Below, in pieces: positions 45,216-54,435 of a stretch of 64,000 bases of DNA (positions are counted from its first letter, which is position 1; each line of letters opens with the position of its first letter). The stretch comes from a virus (taxonomy: Duplodnaviria; Heunggongvirae; Uroviricota; Caudoviricetes): IMG/VR virus record IMGVR_UViG_3300036951_000304; one strand, given 5' to 3'. The position numbers and the translations under genes are program-made. The notes beneath the pieces are model-generated. The model saw nothing but the letters and a program-made list of their open reading frames with translations, made no database searches and had not been told where the DNA came from.

Positions 45216-45410
45216 TTACTTCTCCTCTCTTACTTTGACAGACATAGGGCCAATAATCGACCAATCCAATTCCCAATCCCTGTAACCACCACCCGCCCCG
45301 GTATCAAAGTGAATACCGAGCTTGGCAAGTCTCCGCTCAATATCAAAGATGTCATTCAATTCCACCTTTGACAAATCAAACTGAACTGTTACACTATACT
45401 TCTTTTCCAT
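45216..45410 (-). CDS. hypothetical protein
   Basis: 64-aa ORF. Confidence 0.4.
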   Translation of the reverse strand: MEKKYSVTVQFDLSKVELNDIFDIERRLAKLGIHFDTGAGGGYRDWELDWSIIGPMSVKVREEK

Positions 45411-45431
45411 TTTATTTTCCTTTCCTTGTTT

Positions 45432-45680
45432 TTAGTAATCCAATCCTTTTTCAATTGCGTCTGCACAGGAATTACAGATGGCGTAATCCCTGCGAATTTT
45501 CACTCTACGACCACAGCGTTCACAGGTTTTCCAGACGGAGTTTCTCTGTGTCTCAAAGTAGAAGTCTATGTCATCCTGATCCCGAATGTCATAGACACCA
45601 TAATTGTCATCGTAAAATATTCTACTCATTTTCTTTCCTTTCAGTAGAGAAGGGATAACAGATGAAGATATCGGGCTCAC
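45432..45680 (-). CDS. zinc-ribbon small protein
   Basis: CERCGRRV..(n)..CNSC. Confidence 0.45.
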   Translation of the reverse strand: MSPISSSVIPSLLKGKKMSRIFYDDNYGVYDIRDQDDIDFYFETQRNSVWKTCERCGRRVKIRRDYAICNSCADAIEKGLDY

Positions 45681-45825
45681 CTTTCATTTTATCCATTTCA
45701 GCCCTACACTTTTTACAAGTGTAATAATGTCCAATGACCTTATCATCCCTCACTACATCGTGAACCGCAAGATATTCGATACTGAGGCATCTGATACAGG
45801 CCGCATTTGGTGAAACAATTATCAT
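45622..45825 (-). CDS. Cys-containing small protein
   Basis: CIRC..(n)..CKKC; start trimmed to avoid frame clash with 45836..46039. Confidence 0.35.
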   Translation of the reverse strand: MIIVSPNAACIRCLSIEYLAVHDVVRDDKVIGHYYTCKKCRAEMDKMKGEPDIFICYPFSTERKENE

Positions 45826-45835
45826 CTTTCCACTC

Positions 45836-46039
45836 CTAAAACCATTTACCTTCATCGGTAACTCTTTCGATGAAGATTTTATCACTCTTATCCTTTTCCT
45901 CAAGGTCTTTGATGAGCTGTCTGACAAATCTTTCGGTCTGGCCGTCCAGACGGCCATCCTTTCTTGTCTTGACAGGAAAGCTCTCCCTGATTTCAAGAAT
46001 AACATCGTTTTGATCCAGTTTGATTGTCCTGATTTTCAT
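45836..46039 (-). CDS. hypothetical protein
   Basis: 67-aa ORF. Confidence 0.4.
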   Translation of the reverse strand: MKIRTIKLDQNDVILEIRESFPVKTRKDGRLDGQTERFVRQLIKDLEEKDKSDKIFIERVTDEGKWF

Positions 46040-46048
46040 TTTCCAATC

Positions 46049-46258
46049 CTATCTGGTTGTATCTTCAGTATACTCCGCGAACCTTTTACAAAAGGCACAT
46101 TTCATTCTTTTTCTTCCGGTGCTTCTTCCATATCCTTTTCTACCACAATAGGGGCAGACAGGATAGGAACCCCACCAAGGCATACAGACCATACAATGAT
46201 CGATGTATGGGTTTCCGTGGGCTTCACCGTTACAAACTTTCCAGATCATCTTTTTCAT
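46049..46258 (-). CDS. Cys-rich small protein
   Basis: C..HCMVCMPWW..CPYCGRKG..CAFCKRF. Confidence 0.45.
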   Translation of the reverse strand: MKKMIWKVCNGEAHGNPYIDHCMVCMPWWGSYPVCPYCGRKGYGRSTGRKRMKCAFCKRFAEYTEDTTR

Positions 46259-46262
46259 TTTC

Positions 46263-46637
46263 TTATCCTAACTCACATCTGTTATTGGGAAAAGATATTT
46301 CATCGCTCTGACCCTCGGCATCGTCAGTACCTTTAAATCTGAGCTTCACATAGTCTATTCCCATCGGGGCGACAACACCGTAGTAATAATTACCGAGCTT
46401 GGCACAAATGTAAACCCTGATTTCCTTGGCATACTTCAGAGGAGTTGAAACCCGAAAATAGTTTACATTGGTAGGAATACCGTCCTTCTTGGCTTTTTCC
46501 CAATCAGGATTGGTGCCACGCAACCTCAGGCGATAGCTGTCCTTGTTGAGATGTTTCTTCATTTCCTCAATAAGAGACAATCCGAAATGGTTATTGGGAA
46601 CCTTCATAAGGAAGTTGTACTGTTTTTTCTCTTTCAT
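46263..46637 (-). CDS. hypothetical protein
   Basis: 124-aa ORF. Confidence 0.45.
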   Translation of the reverse strand: MKEKKQYNFLMKVPNNHFGLSLIEEMKKHLNKDSYRLRLRGTNPDWEKAKKDGIPTNVNYFRVSTPLKYAKEIRVYICAKLGNYYYGVVAPMGIDYVKLRFKGTDDAEGQSDEISFPNNRCELG

Positions 46638-46641
46638 TGTA

Positions 46642-47040
46642 TTATCCTTTCAGGGAATATTTGATGAAGTCAACCGAAGCCTTGAAACCTTTACCGTCCG
46701 ACACCCTCTGTAACTTGACAGGAGACTTGCGGGCTCTGTTATTCCAACCCACAATCTTGTACTGTGTAGTACCGAGAGTGATAACCTTACCGAGAAGGTT
46801 GGGGTCAAGACCGGAATACTTGGCGAAAACCTTGAAGGAATGCTCATCGGTTTCCTTCTTCTTTTGAACGACCGCTTTCCTATCGGAAGTGCCAGTCAAC
46901 TTCCCCCGAAACTGATTTTCGGTGAAATAGATGTTACCGAGATTGAACTCGATCTTGTATTTCTTTCCGAGAGGGGAAAGAGCCTTGTCGATCTCTGACC
47001 GGAGTTTCTTGATTGTGTCTTTTGTGAATGTCGTACTCAT
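46642..47040 (-). CDS. hypothetical protein
   Basis: 132-aa ORF. Confidence 0.45.
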   Translation of the reverse strand: MSTTFTKDTIKKLRSEIDKALSPLGKKYKIEFNLGNIYFTENQFRGKLTGTSDRKAVVQKKKETDEHSFKVFAKYSGLDPNLLGKVITLGTTQYKIVGWNNRARKSPVKLQRVSDGKGFKASVDFIKYSLKG

Positions 47041-47243
47041 TATTTTCCTTTCCTACAGTCTTTGTGATAATAAAACCACTTGTTAAATCTCATTATACCC
47101 TTTACAGGATAAAACTTCTCTTGTTTCACAAGTTGGAATGTGGTCATTTCACCGTCAGAAATCAACTTACCACAAATCCGGCATTTGTGACGGTGTTTTC
47201 CAACCATCTTGTATGGTTTGTCAAATGTCCTGACAACTTCCAC
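47040..47243 (-). CDS. zinc-ribbon small protein
   Basis: HKCRICGK..(n)..HKDCRKG. Confidence 0.4.
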   Translation of the reverse strand: MEVVRTFDKPYKMVGKHRHKCRICGKLISDGEMTTFQLVKQEKFYPVKGIMRFNKWFYYHKDCRKGK

Positions 47244-47462
47244 TTACTTTACCGTGATACCTTTCTTTCTGAATGTTTTCTGAACTTTCAAAATGTTCTC
47301 TCTGTTACATAACCCTTCTTCAAGAAGAGTTTTTCCGATGACCGCCGTTTTCAAAGTATTGTTGAAAATTTCACCTTCGAGAATTTCGACTACATACTTG
47401 AACTTTTCTCTTTTGGTCATTCTGATTTTCCTTTCATCAGGAAATGTAAGCGACGGTTTCAT
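47244..47462 (-). CDS. hypothetical protein
   Basis: 72-aa ORF. Confidence 0.4.
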   Translation of the reverse strand: MKPSLTFPDERKIRMTKREKFKYVVEILEGEIFNNTLKTAVIGKTLLEEGLCNRENILKVQKTFRKKGITVK

Positions 47463-47733
47463 ACCGTCCGGTGTTGGAGTAACGATACCACGAAATGGCT
47501 AAGACGGAATTGGTGACTTTCCCGAACTCGTTTCCAATCTCGATTGTCGTATGGCTGTTTTCACCGAGAAGGAAACCTGACCACGGAGTACCATCCTCTT
47601 GAATGAGGAAAAGACCGTGTTCACGGAGAATGAAATCAATTTCGGATAGAACGATATGGTTATGAAGTGTTTTGGTGAGGGCGTAAATCTTGTTGTTGAT
47701 TTTCTTTCGAAGATTGGTGGGGATTTTCGTCAT
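47437..47733 (-). CDS. hypothetical protein
   Basis: ORF; start trimmed. Confidence 0.4.
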   Translation of the reverse strand: MTKIPTNLRKKINNKIYALTKTLHNHIVLSEIDFILREHGLFLIQEDGTPWSGFLLGENSHTTIEIGNEFGKVTNSVLAISWYRYSNTGRYETVAYIS

Positions 47734-47894
47734 TTCCTGTCCTGTCCTTTCCGATTTTTCTATGATAATTCTACCACAATTTGAATATAATGTCAATAGA
47801 AATGTTTCTCAATGATTTCAATAAGATAGACCATTTTTGAGGGTAAAAAAGGTCAAAAAACCCAAAAATTACGGTATTTTACACCATTTTTACC

Positions 47895-48119
47895 CTATTT
47901 TTTGATAACCACAATACCACTATTCCCCGCCCTGAAGATGAGATATCTATCACCGTCTATCGTGGTTTCATAGATTGCCATCCCGTGAATTTTGGAATAG
48001 GCCACCATTTCTATAGTGTATTTGTCATAACTATGTTTGGATGTGCCCATCTCTTCTTGTCGTACACAACCAATGAACAACAACGAAAACAGAACAATTG
48101 CCAATAACAGTTTTTTCAT
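47895..48119 (-). CDS. small lipoprotein
   Basis: MKKLLLAIVLFSLLFIGC lipobox. Confidence 0.45.
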   Translation of the reverse strand: MKKLLLAIVLFSLLFIGCVRQEEMGTSKHSYDKYTIEMVAYSKIHGMAIYETTIDGDRYLIFRAGNSGIVVIKK

Positions 48120-48760
48120 TTTACAGCCTCCACAATACAATTTGTCATCCCGTCAATTACGGAACTTTTTCTCAATTTCATTTCCTCTTCGGAATTTGTA
48201 ATGACTCCGACTTCCAGAAGTACAATCGGTTTTCGAGTATATTTCAGGATATAAAAATTCGCTTGATATACACCGTATTCTTCTGAAAGAAGTGTCTTTC
48301 GTTCACCATCTATATCTTCCGCATGATGAAGTGAGGGAGAATAACCACAACTCACAAGTTCCTTACCTATCCTCTCCGCGAGATGGATATTCTTCCGGTC
48401 ATAGATAAACAGGGAAAATCCTTTATACTTGTTTGTACCAAGATATTGTGGTTGTGTACTATCGTGGTGAATTGATATCACCAAATCAACATCGGAATTG
48501 TTGAAATACTTTACCCTGTCTTTCAGAGAAAGATTTGAGACAATTTCAGAAAACACACCAACCTTGTTCAATTTCCACATAAGAACAGTACCGAACCACA
48601 AATTATATTTCAACTCCGGTTCCCCTGTAGTGGAGATGACGCCCGGCTCCATATATGTATGACCCGCATCAATGATGACATTTCTCGCCTCCGCAACCGG
48701 AAGGAAAAAGAACAGGCTAATTATCATCCAGATGATACTTTGTTTTATATTCCTTGTCAT
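48116..48760 (-). CDS. N-acetylmuramoyl-L-alanine amidase (Amidase_3 family)
   Basis: signal peptide; IIDAGHTYMEPG, VISIHHDS, E..D metal-site pattern. Confidence 0.6.
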   Translation of the reverse strand: MTRNIKQSIIWMIISLFFFLPVAEARNVIIDAGHTYMEPGVISTTGEPELKYNLWFGTVLMWKLNKVGVFSEIVSNLSLKDRVKYFNNSDVDLVISIHHDSTQPQYLGTNKYKGFSLFIYDRKNIHLAERIGKELVSCGYSPSLHHAEDIDGERKTLLSEEYGVYQANFYILKYTRKPIVLLEVGVITNSEEEMKLRKSSVIDGMTNCIVEAVK

Positions 48761-49082
48761 AGACTTTACCGCCGTCTATCTTGCCCTTGTAGTTCCAATC
48801 TTTGTCGTAAATCTTGTTGTCCTTGATGTTATATTGTCTCTTGTAATTCTTGTCATAGACCGCACCATCCTTTATATAACCCGTCCGGTTACCGTACTTG
48901 TCGTAGATGGCACCATCCTTGACATATCCTCTTGTCCTGTAATTCTCGTCATAGATTTTCGTGTCTGCAAAAACCCAGCTCAGACCAACAATAGTAAAAT
49001 ACAGGAAGGCCCCCAATATGAGCATCATAATAATAAATCGGAGCCTGATTTCTTTTTCCCGTTCCCTTGTCAATAGTGGCAT
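48717..49082 (-). CDS. membrane-anchored protein with four YDK repeats
   Basis: TM helix then repeats DGAIYDKYGNRTGYIK / DGAVYDKNYKRQYNIK / DNKIYDKDWNYKGKI / DGGKVYDKEYKTKYHL. Confidence 0.45.
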   Translation of the reverse strand: MPLLTREREKEIRLRFIIMMLILGAFLYFTIVGLSWVFADTKIYDENYRTRGYVKDGAIYDKYGNRTGYIKDGAVYDKNYKRQYNIKDNKIYDKDWNYKGKIDGGKVYDKEYKTKYHLDDN

Positions 49083-49093
49083 ATTATTTCTCC

Positions 49094-49318
49094 TTATAGT
49101 GGACACCAATCAGGTATATTATTCTCCCAATCTTCCCGCCACAATGCTTTATAAAACGAGGCCGCCCTGACATTTGGTATTGCCGGTTTCACATCCGGTG
49201 TTGCAATACAACACGGAAATCTGTCATCAAACGGGCCATCGTGTGCCGCACTATCACTCCAAAACCTGATATTCGGGCACTCTTTACAATTGTGTATGTC
49301 CTTGGTGTAGGTTTTCAT
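49094..49318 (-). CDS. CxxCP-family small Cys protein
   Basis: CKECPNIRFW...CCIATP. Confidence 0.4.
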   Translation of the reverse strand: MKTYTKDIHNCKECPNIRFWSDSAAHDGPFDDRFPCCIATPDVKPAIPNVRAASFYKALWREDWENNIPDWCPL

Positions 49319-49605
49319 TACTTCCCCCTTCTCGCAACGCCCGGAAATCTCTTGGTCGCATCCTTCTTGATTTTCTCCCTGTACTTTGGTGGGAAGAGAT
49401 TGAAGAAGGCCGGAGCATCGTGGGTGCTCACATCGAACATCAATAACATTTCAAGTGCAATCTCGTAAGGTGTATAATGTGGTTTTGTTCTTGCAATACC
49501 ACAATACACTTTCTTCATACCGGACTTGAGGGTTTGAGAAACATACTGCCTTGTGGTTTTCATTTCCCTTGCGATTTCCTCGCCCGTCATTGGTCTATTG
49601 TCCAT
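49318..49605 (-). CDS. sigma-70 region-4-like HTH protein (paralog of 24654..25005)
   Basis: TGEEIAREMKTTRQYVSQTLKSGMKKVY aligns with ISEIARQMGITRQAASQTLKRALKKFY. Confidence 0.5.
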   Translation of the reverse strand: MDNRPMTGEEIAREMKTTRQYVSQTLKSGMKKVYCGIARTKPHYTPYEIALEMLLMFDVSTHDAPAFFNLFPPKYREKIKKDATKRFPGVARRGK

Positions 49606-49708
49606 AACTATTTCCCCTTTCTGTTATCTCTTACAATTGTATAAAGGTAGTAAAGAAATACTACTATCAAAACACCCAATAATGTATCAAAATCTATTAT
49701 GTTCATAA

Positions 49709-50857
49709 TTATTTTTTTACCAATCTGTAGTTTTTAATAGAAGAAAAGTTATTTACATGATGCCAAAACTCATCTTCTGTCTCACCTATCCATCTGAATA
49801 AATTTTTTGATTTTGTAAGTGGGAGAAATCCATGCATAAAAGTATACAATTTTACTATACCAACCACTTTTTCTTTTGTCCAATGTTTTCCAATAAACTT
49901 ATTTCGTTCCAATGCATATAATGGCTCAAATCTTTGAGGAAAGAGAAAAATCGTCCTTCCGATATCATCAACCATATTTTGGGCAAGCATAATTCTCTTC
50001 CAAAAATCATGGGGGGTGTCTCTCCAATTGAAAAGCATATAACAGAAAAATCCTGCCTTAATTTTATATTTCTCAACCCATTCAAGGGCCCGCCTTATAT
50101 CCCTTTCATATTTGACAAAATCAAAACTGAATCTCAAATATGCCGTTCCACTTTCATGCTGAGCCCCCCATTTCAACTCAGAAAATCTCTTCGCGTGGTG
50201 TTCTGTGAAACAGGAAACATGAAGCCCATGAATATCCACCGGCAAATCAAATTCTTTCAATTCATCTACAATATTATCAAAATATTCGTGGGCTGTAAAA
50301 TTGTTATCATATAACACTACACCCGTTGCATCAGGAATTTCCCCTTTTCCGTGAAGGAGAATATGTTTTATAGATTTGAAGGATTTCATTTCTCCTTCCA
50401 GCTTTGGAACCATACAATAACCGCATTTATTTGGACATCCTCTTGAGGCATATAGAACAATCTTTTTATTTTCCGGCACAAGAGAATATTTAGGTGGAAG
50501 CTTTTCTATTTTTTCACTCATACCTCTATGAATTTCAACTTTTCCAAAATTAAAGAATGGATTTGAAGGAAAGTTTGTTTCAAACCATTCAGGCATCACG
50601 GAAGGAAATGTTCCCCCAACAATAATATTTGCCTTCGGAAAAAGAGATTGATAATATCGAATTGTTTCTTTGTATCTTTGTGAATAATATGTGAAGATAC
50701 ATGATATAAGTATCCTATCAGGAGTGATTTTAGGTCTAACTGTACCAACCACATATTCGTACTTATGTTTATTTCTCTCACACCATGTTGCCCATTTCAT
50801 CAAGGCAATATTCGGTGCAATTGATTTTACTTTTGGCTCTACTAATAAATATTTCAT
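49709..50857 (-). CDS. radical SAM enzyme
   Basis: YASRGCPNKCGYCMVP = CxxxCxxC cluster; 382 aa. Confidence 0.6.
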   Translation of the reverse strand: MKYLLVEPKVKSIAPNIALMKWATWCERNKHKYEYVVGTVRPKITPDRILISCIFTYYSQRYKETIRYYQSLFPKANIIVGGTFPSVMPEWFETNFPSNPFFNFGKVEIHRGMSEKIEKLPPKYSLVPENKKIVLYASRGCPNKCGYCMVPKLEGEMKSFKSIKHILLHGKGEIPDATGVVLYDNNFTAHEYFDNIVDELKEFDLPVDIHGLHVSCFTEHHAKRFSELKWGAQHESGTAYLRFSFDFVKYERDIRRALEWVEKYKIKAGFFCYMLFNWRDTPHDFWKRIMLAQNMVDDIGRTIFLFPQRFEPLYALERNKFIGKHWTKEKVVGIVKLYTFMHGFLPLTKSKNLFRWIGETEDEFWHHVNNFSSIKNYRLVKK

Positions 50858-51384
50858 CTGATTTTATTTATAGCCTCGACAAATGAACCAGTTCCCGTTT
50901 TTGAGAGGAAGAGCATATTCTTTTTAGTATTTGACATTGTGTATGTCTTACCACCAGAATGTTGCCTACTGAGAGTCAAGAATTTTAATTCAGATTTTTT
51001 AATTGTATAAAATTTCGAATTTTCTGGTGAAAGAAAAAAGAAAATAATGAATTGATACTTATTCTCTTCGGGTCGAATTTGATTAAATGTATAATTCCCG
51101 TTATTTGCCTCAGCAGCATACTTTATTTCAACCCGAATTTTATTTTTACCAATAAAAGCGTCGAAGCCACTTCTATTATCAGATTGTAATTCACAATCAA
51201 TCTTTAATTTTTTACACATAGATTTGATCAATTTTTCCGCGATAACCCCCCGATTTTTAGGAACCATCTTCATAAAGACTTCTCTATTTGTTCCTTCCCA
51301 TTTATTTACTTCCAGTAAATGATTGATATAAATATTCAGATCCTTAAATGCAAAATCCAATAGTGATTTATTAGTTTCTCCCAT
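50854..51384 (-). CDS. hypothetical protein
   Basis: 176-aa ORF overlapping stop/start with radical SAM gene. Confidence 0.45.
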   Translation of the reverse strand: MGETNKSLLDFAFKDLNIYINHLLEVNKWEGTNREVFMKMVPKNRGVIAEKLIKSMCKKLKIDCELQSDNRSGFDAFIGKNKIRVEIKYAAEANNGNYTFNQIRPEENKYQFIIFFFLSPENSKFYTIKKSELKFLTLSRQHSGGKTYTMSNTKKNMLFLSKTGTGSFVEAINKIR

Positions 51385-51601
51385 TTCTCGTCCTTTCCAA
51401 ATATTCTTTATCTTCTCTACACAAACACTTGTGATCCGGTTTTCTCAGGTGAAGATAACTGTCAATTTCAATGACAAAATATAGACTGATAACAATGTAC
51501 AGAAAGATTAATTCCCCCATACCAGTTCCAGAACAAACAGGGCCAGAAAGACCAAACAGATAAGACCAAACACCTTTTCTTTCCAGCTCATCGCTCTCCA
51601 A
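51371..51601 (-). CDS. small membrane protein
   Basis: 76-aa ORF with TM helix. Confidence 0.35.
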   Translation of the reverse strand: MESDELERKGVWSYLFGLSGPVCSGTGMGELIFLYIVISLYFVIEIDSYLHLRKPDHKCLCREDKEYLERTRNGRN

Positions 51602-51616
51602 TAAAACATAACTGTA

Positions 51617-51814
51617 TCAACGAAGTTTCTCAGTATCATCTTTTGACCTCTCCAATATCATTTTCTTTACTTCCGCTAATTTGGGAGTAGGAACAAGACC
51701 ACAAGGCTCCGGATTTTCCGTCCTCTTCAAGAAGGCTTCCACATCTTTACCACGAAGGACAGGACATTCCGGGCAGAGCCATCTGAGTATTCTTTCTTTT
51801 ATCCAATGTATCAT
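51617..51814 (-). CDS. small Cys protein
   Basis: CPECPV..(n)..CG. Confidence 0.35.
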   Translation of the reverse strand: MIHWIKERILRWLCPECPVLRGKDVEAFLKRTENPEPCGLVPTPKLAEVKKMILERSKDDTEKLR

Positions 51815-52044
51815 AATCCCACACCCTTCCTTTTCCAGTTTCTTATCGCAAAGATATTCAATCCCATCAACACGACATTCTGCATCAAAAGAAATGGTGC
51901 ACCTTTCATTATAGCAAATATCGTCCAGAACGTCTGGGCGACTATCATCACATAGATACCCCTGATATTCGGTAACGAAACAAGGTAAACACCTATGAAC
52001 ACGAACATCATTGCGGTAAACTCTATTACTGTAGACAGTTCCAT
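51811..52044 (-). CDS. small membrane protein
   Basis: three hydrophobic segments. Confidence 0.4.
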   Translation of the reverse strand: MELSTVIEFTAMMFVFIGVYLVSLPNIRGIYVMIVAQTFWTIFAIMKGAPFLLMQNVVLMGLNIFAIRNWKRKGVGL

Positions 52045-52045
52045 A

Positions 52046-52597
52046 TCACACCATCACTATCTTGAATGGAGGCCTGACTACCGAACAGTACATTGATGAG
52101 ACTGTAAGTGCCATTGTAACTTTCTCTTCCGGTTTATATCTATCATCTTTTGATAGGATATATAAAGCACCAAGAGCATACGGGCCACCTTCACCACAGG
52201 CCTCAAAATGTTCCATAGATTCCGTGGGTGAAAAATCCTCTTCTATAAGAAACAATCTTCCACGAAACCCCACAAGGATTTCTGAACCCGTGAGTTTTAT
52301 CTTGTTCCTGACCATTTGATCTTCAAGGTCTGGAAGAAATGACCGATAGACATAACTCTGTGGCTCTTGTCTCAATCCCGCCGCCGGAAGCTCGAAGCAA
52401 TGTTTCAAAAAATAACCTATACGATAGGAACCGCAAAACCCCACTACAATTTCCGTGTCGTTTTGCCCTGTCAGTCGAAAAACTTTCTCCGATTTTCTCA
52501 ATCTCTGGTCACTTGATCCATCACCCGTAGCCGCACTATCTCCACCCATATAAATCACATCGTTATCAACATATCCCACTACACAGCTCATAATCAA
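52046..52597 (-). CDS. Ntn-hydrolase / proteasome-beta (HslV)-like protein
   Basis: N-terminal SCVVGYVDNDVIYMGGDSAATGDG resembles proteasome/HslV N-terminal nucleophile region. Confidence 0.45.
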   Translation of the reverse strand: MIMSCVVGYVDNDVIYMGGDSAATGDGSSDQRLRKSEKVFRLTGQNDTEIVVGFCGSYRIGYFLKHCFELPAAGLRQEPQSYVYRSFLPDLEDQMVRNKIKLTGSEILVGFRGRLFLIEEDFSPTESMEHFEACGEGGPYALGALYILSKDDRYKPEEKVTMALTVSSMYCSVVRPPFKIVMV

Positions 52598-53004
52598 TCC
52601 TCAATCGTAAATAATTTTTCATCCAGACCTACTTTTGGTGTTTCCTTGAGATTTGTGATTCCCCCCTTCTCATTATAAGAGAAGATTATTGTCTCGATGA
52701 GAGAAAAAAGTTTTTCGGGTACAAAGGAACCGATAGATCCCTCTTTTTTCGTAAGGGTATTTCTGATATAAAGAGTGTTCTGCCCCGTGGAAAATCCCGT
52801 GAAGGATGCGGTGACAACCATATAATCCCTTCCATCGGGGGTTTTGACAGATGTATAGATTTTATCTTTTGCATAGGCGAAAAAACCTACATACTTTTTA
52901 CCGTCTGGTGACATAACATTGACATCCACCCGATAGAAGTGAATGGGCGCACCACTATTTTCCCTGTCAACAACCCATTGTCTATCATAATTATTCCAAG
53001 CCAT
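52594..53004 (-). CDS. hypothetical protein
   Basis: 136-aa ORF. Confidence 0.45.
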   Translation of the reverse strand: MAWNNYDRQWVVDRENSGAPIHFYRVDVNVMSPDGKKYVGFFAYAKDKIYTSVKTPDGRDYMVVTASFTGFSTGQNTLYIRNTLTKKEGSIGSFVPEKLFSLIETIIFSYNEKGGITNLKETPKVGLDEKLFTIED

Positions 53005-53163
53005 TACTTCACCGCCTCACTTCTCGACAAATCTTCCGTAAAGATCACGGGATCACTCTCGCCGTTTTGTATTTTTTCCTGTTCTGTCAACTGACGATAA
53101 TACGGGCAGTTATCACAATCCAATTCTTGACACCAGATACAGGGATCATCGAAATCTATCATA
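53005..53163 (-). CDS. small Cys-rich protein (52 aa)
   Basis: MIDFDDPCIWCQELDCDNCPYY. Confidence 0.3.
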
Positions 53164-53305
53164 GCTGTTCCTTATAATGAAAGTTGTTATCTTATAGAAG
53201 ATAAATGATACAATGAAGAGCACTATGGCATCGGGAACCCAACCCCATAGTGCGTTATACATTTCATTGTAGTTTTGAGGAAGAGGAACAATAATCGAAT
53301 ACATA

Positions 53306-53509
53306 TTACGGCCTCAACTTCACATCGAAAACTTCCTTATCATAGACAAAGCCCTTCAATATGATAGCCTGCTTCATTCGCCACTCATAAAGAAGTTTAC
53401 CACCGAATACACCGGCACACATTCCAAAGATGAAGGTCAACATAAGGACAAAAAGTATTTGTCTATGTAACCACTCCACATAGAACTTTTTCACAGTTTC
53501 GAAACTCAT
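53306..53509 (-). CDS. small membrane protein
   Basis: TM helix ILFVLMLTFIFGMCAGVFGG. Confidence 0.4.
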   Translation of the reverse strand: MSFETVKKFYVEWLHRQILFVLMLTFIFGMCAGVFGGKLLYEWRMKQAIILKGFVYDKEVFDVKLRP

Positions 53510-53521
53510 AAAAATCTCCTT

Positions 53522-54052
53522 TTACAGTTTTGCTAAATGCCTATAGAGATTGAATGTCTCTTTGGCCTGTCTTTTTGCCATCGGATTGTTTCCACCTTTA
53601 TACAGGGCCAAAGCCAGAAGAAGGTCACCGTTGGCATATCCCATCTTCTCTTCCAAGATTTTGGCACCGTACAATATATTCACTTCGCTAAATCTTGTTG
53701 CGGAAGGTGTTTGCATTTCTCCTTTATATCCTTTCGGAGAAATGGCCTCTCTCTTGAATGTTGACTCTGTTTTAATCAGGGCCACCAGTAGGGCCGGATT
53801 GAACCCCGTGGAACTGGAAGCCGTTGCTATCGCATCCACCAGTACGGGAATACGATTTTCAGGTGCACCGGCTGCCACCAATAATTTTTCTATTCTTTCT
53901 GTCTGCCCGCCTCCTTTTATCTCAACTGGAACAGGTAGTGAAATATAAAAATCGTGAACAAAATAAAAAAGAAGGAAGAAGCTCAGAAATAACACAACAT
54001 AATGTCGAACCAATCCAACATAATGTTTATGTAAATATTTTGATATGTGCAT
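53522..54052 (-). CDS. lytic transglycosylase (SLT domain), membrane-anchored
   Basis: N-terminal TM, ALIKTESTF (catalytic ES), GEMQ, ILYGAKIL. Confidence 0.55.
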   Translation of the reverse strand: MHISKYLHKHYVGLVRHYVVLFLSFFLLFYFVHDFYISLPVPVEIKGGGQTERIEKLLVAAGAPENRIPVLVDAIATASSSTGFNPALLVALIKTESTFKREAISPKGYKGEMQTPSATRFSEVNILYGAKILEEKMGYANGDLLLALALYKGGNNPMAKRQAKETFNLYRHLAKL

Positions 54053-54276
54053 TATTTCATTCTCTCCCTGTAGTTTGTCACCCTCACCCTCAAGGCATCG
54101 TCATATAGGGCAAGACCCTGAAGATACAGGCGCATCAAATCATTTGTTTTGATTTGTGGATCCACCGTAAAGCCGAAATCCCTCAAAGCCATTCTCATCG
54201 CTTTCAGAAATTTCTCATCACAGATGAAATCCTTTGGTTTCGTTGTTCTCATATTATATTTGTTGAAAGAGAACAT
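54052..54276 (-). CDS. hypothetical protein
   Basis: 74-aa ORF. Confidence 0.4.
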   Translation of the reverse strand: MFSFNKYNMRTTKPKDFICDEKFLKAMRMALRDFGFTVDPQIKTNDLMRLYLQGLALYDDALRVRVTNYRERMK

Positions 54277-54435
54277 AGACTTACACTCCTTTCCTGTATT
54301 TATCCTTTTTAATCCCTTTTATTATTTTACCATATTTCAAGTAACTTGTCAAGAGACTGAAAACAAACAATATCAAGTATATAGACAGAAACGGGGGCAG
54401 ATATATCCCACAAAACCCCCGTTTCTGTTATATTA

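Noticed and set aside
45622-46005. Full-length ORF 45622..46005
   Set aside because: Its 5' part overlaps 45836..46039 in another frame. It was shortened to an internal Met, and either model could be wrong.
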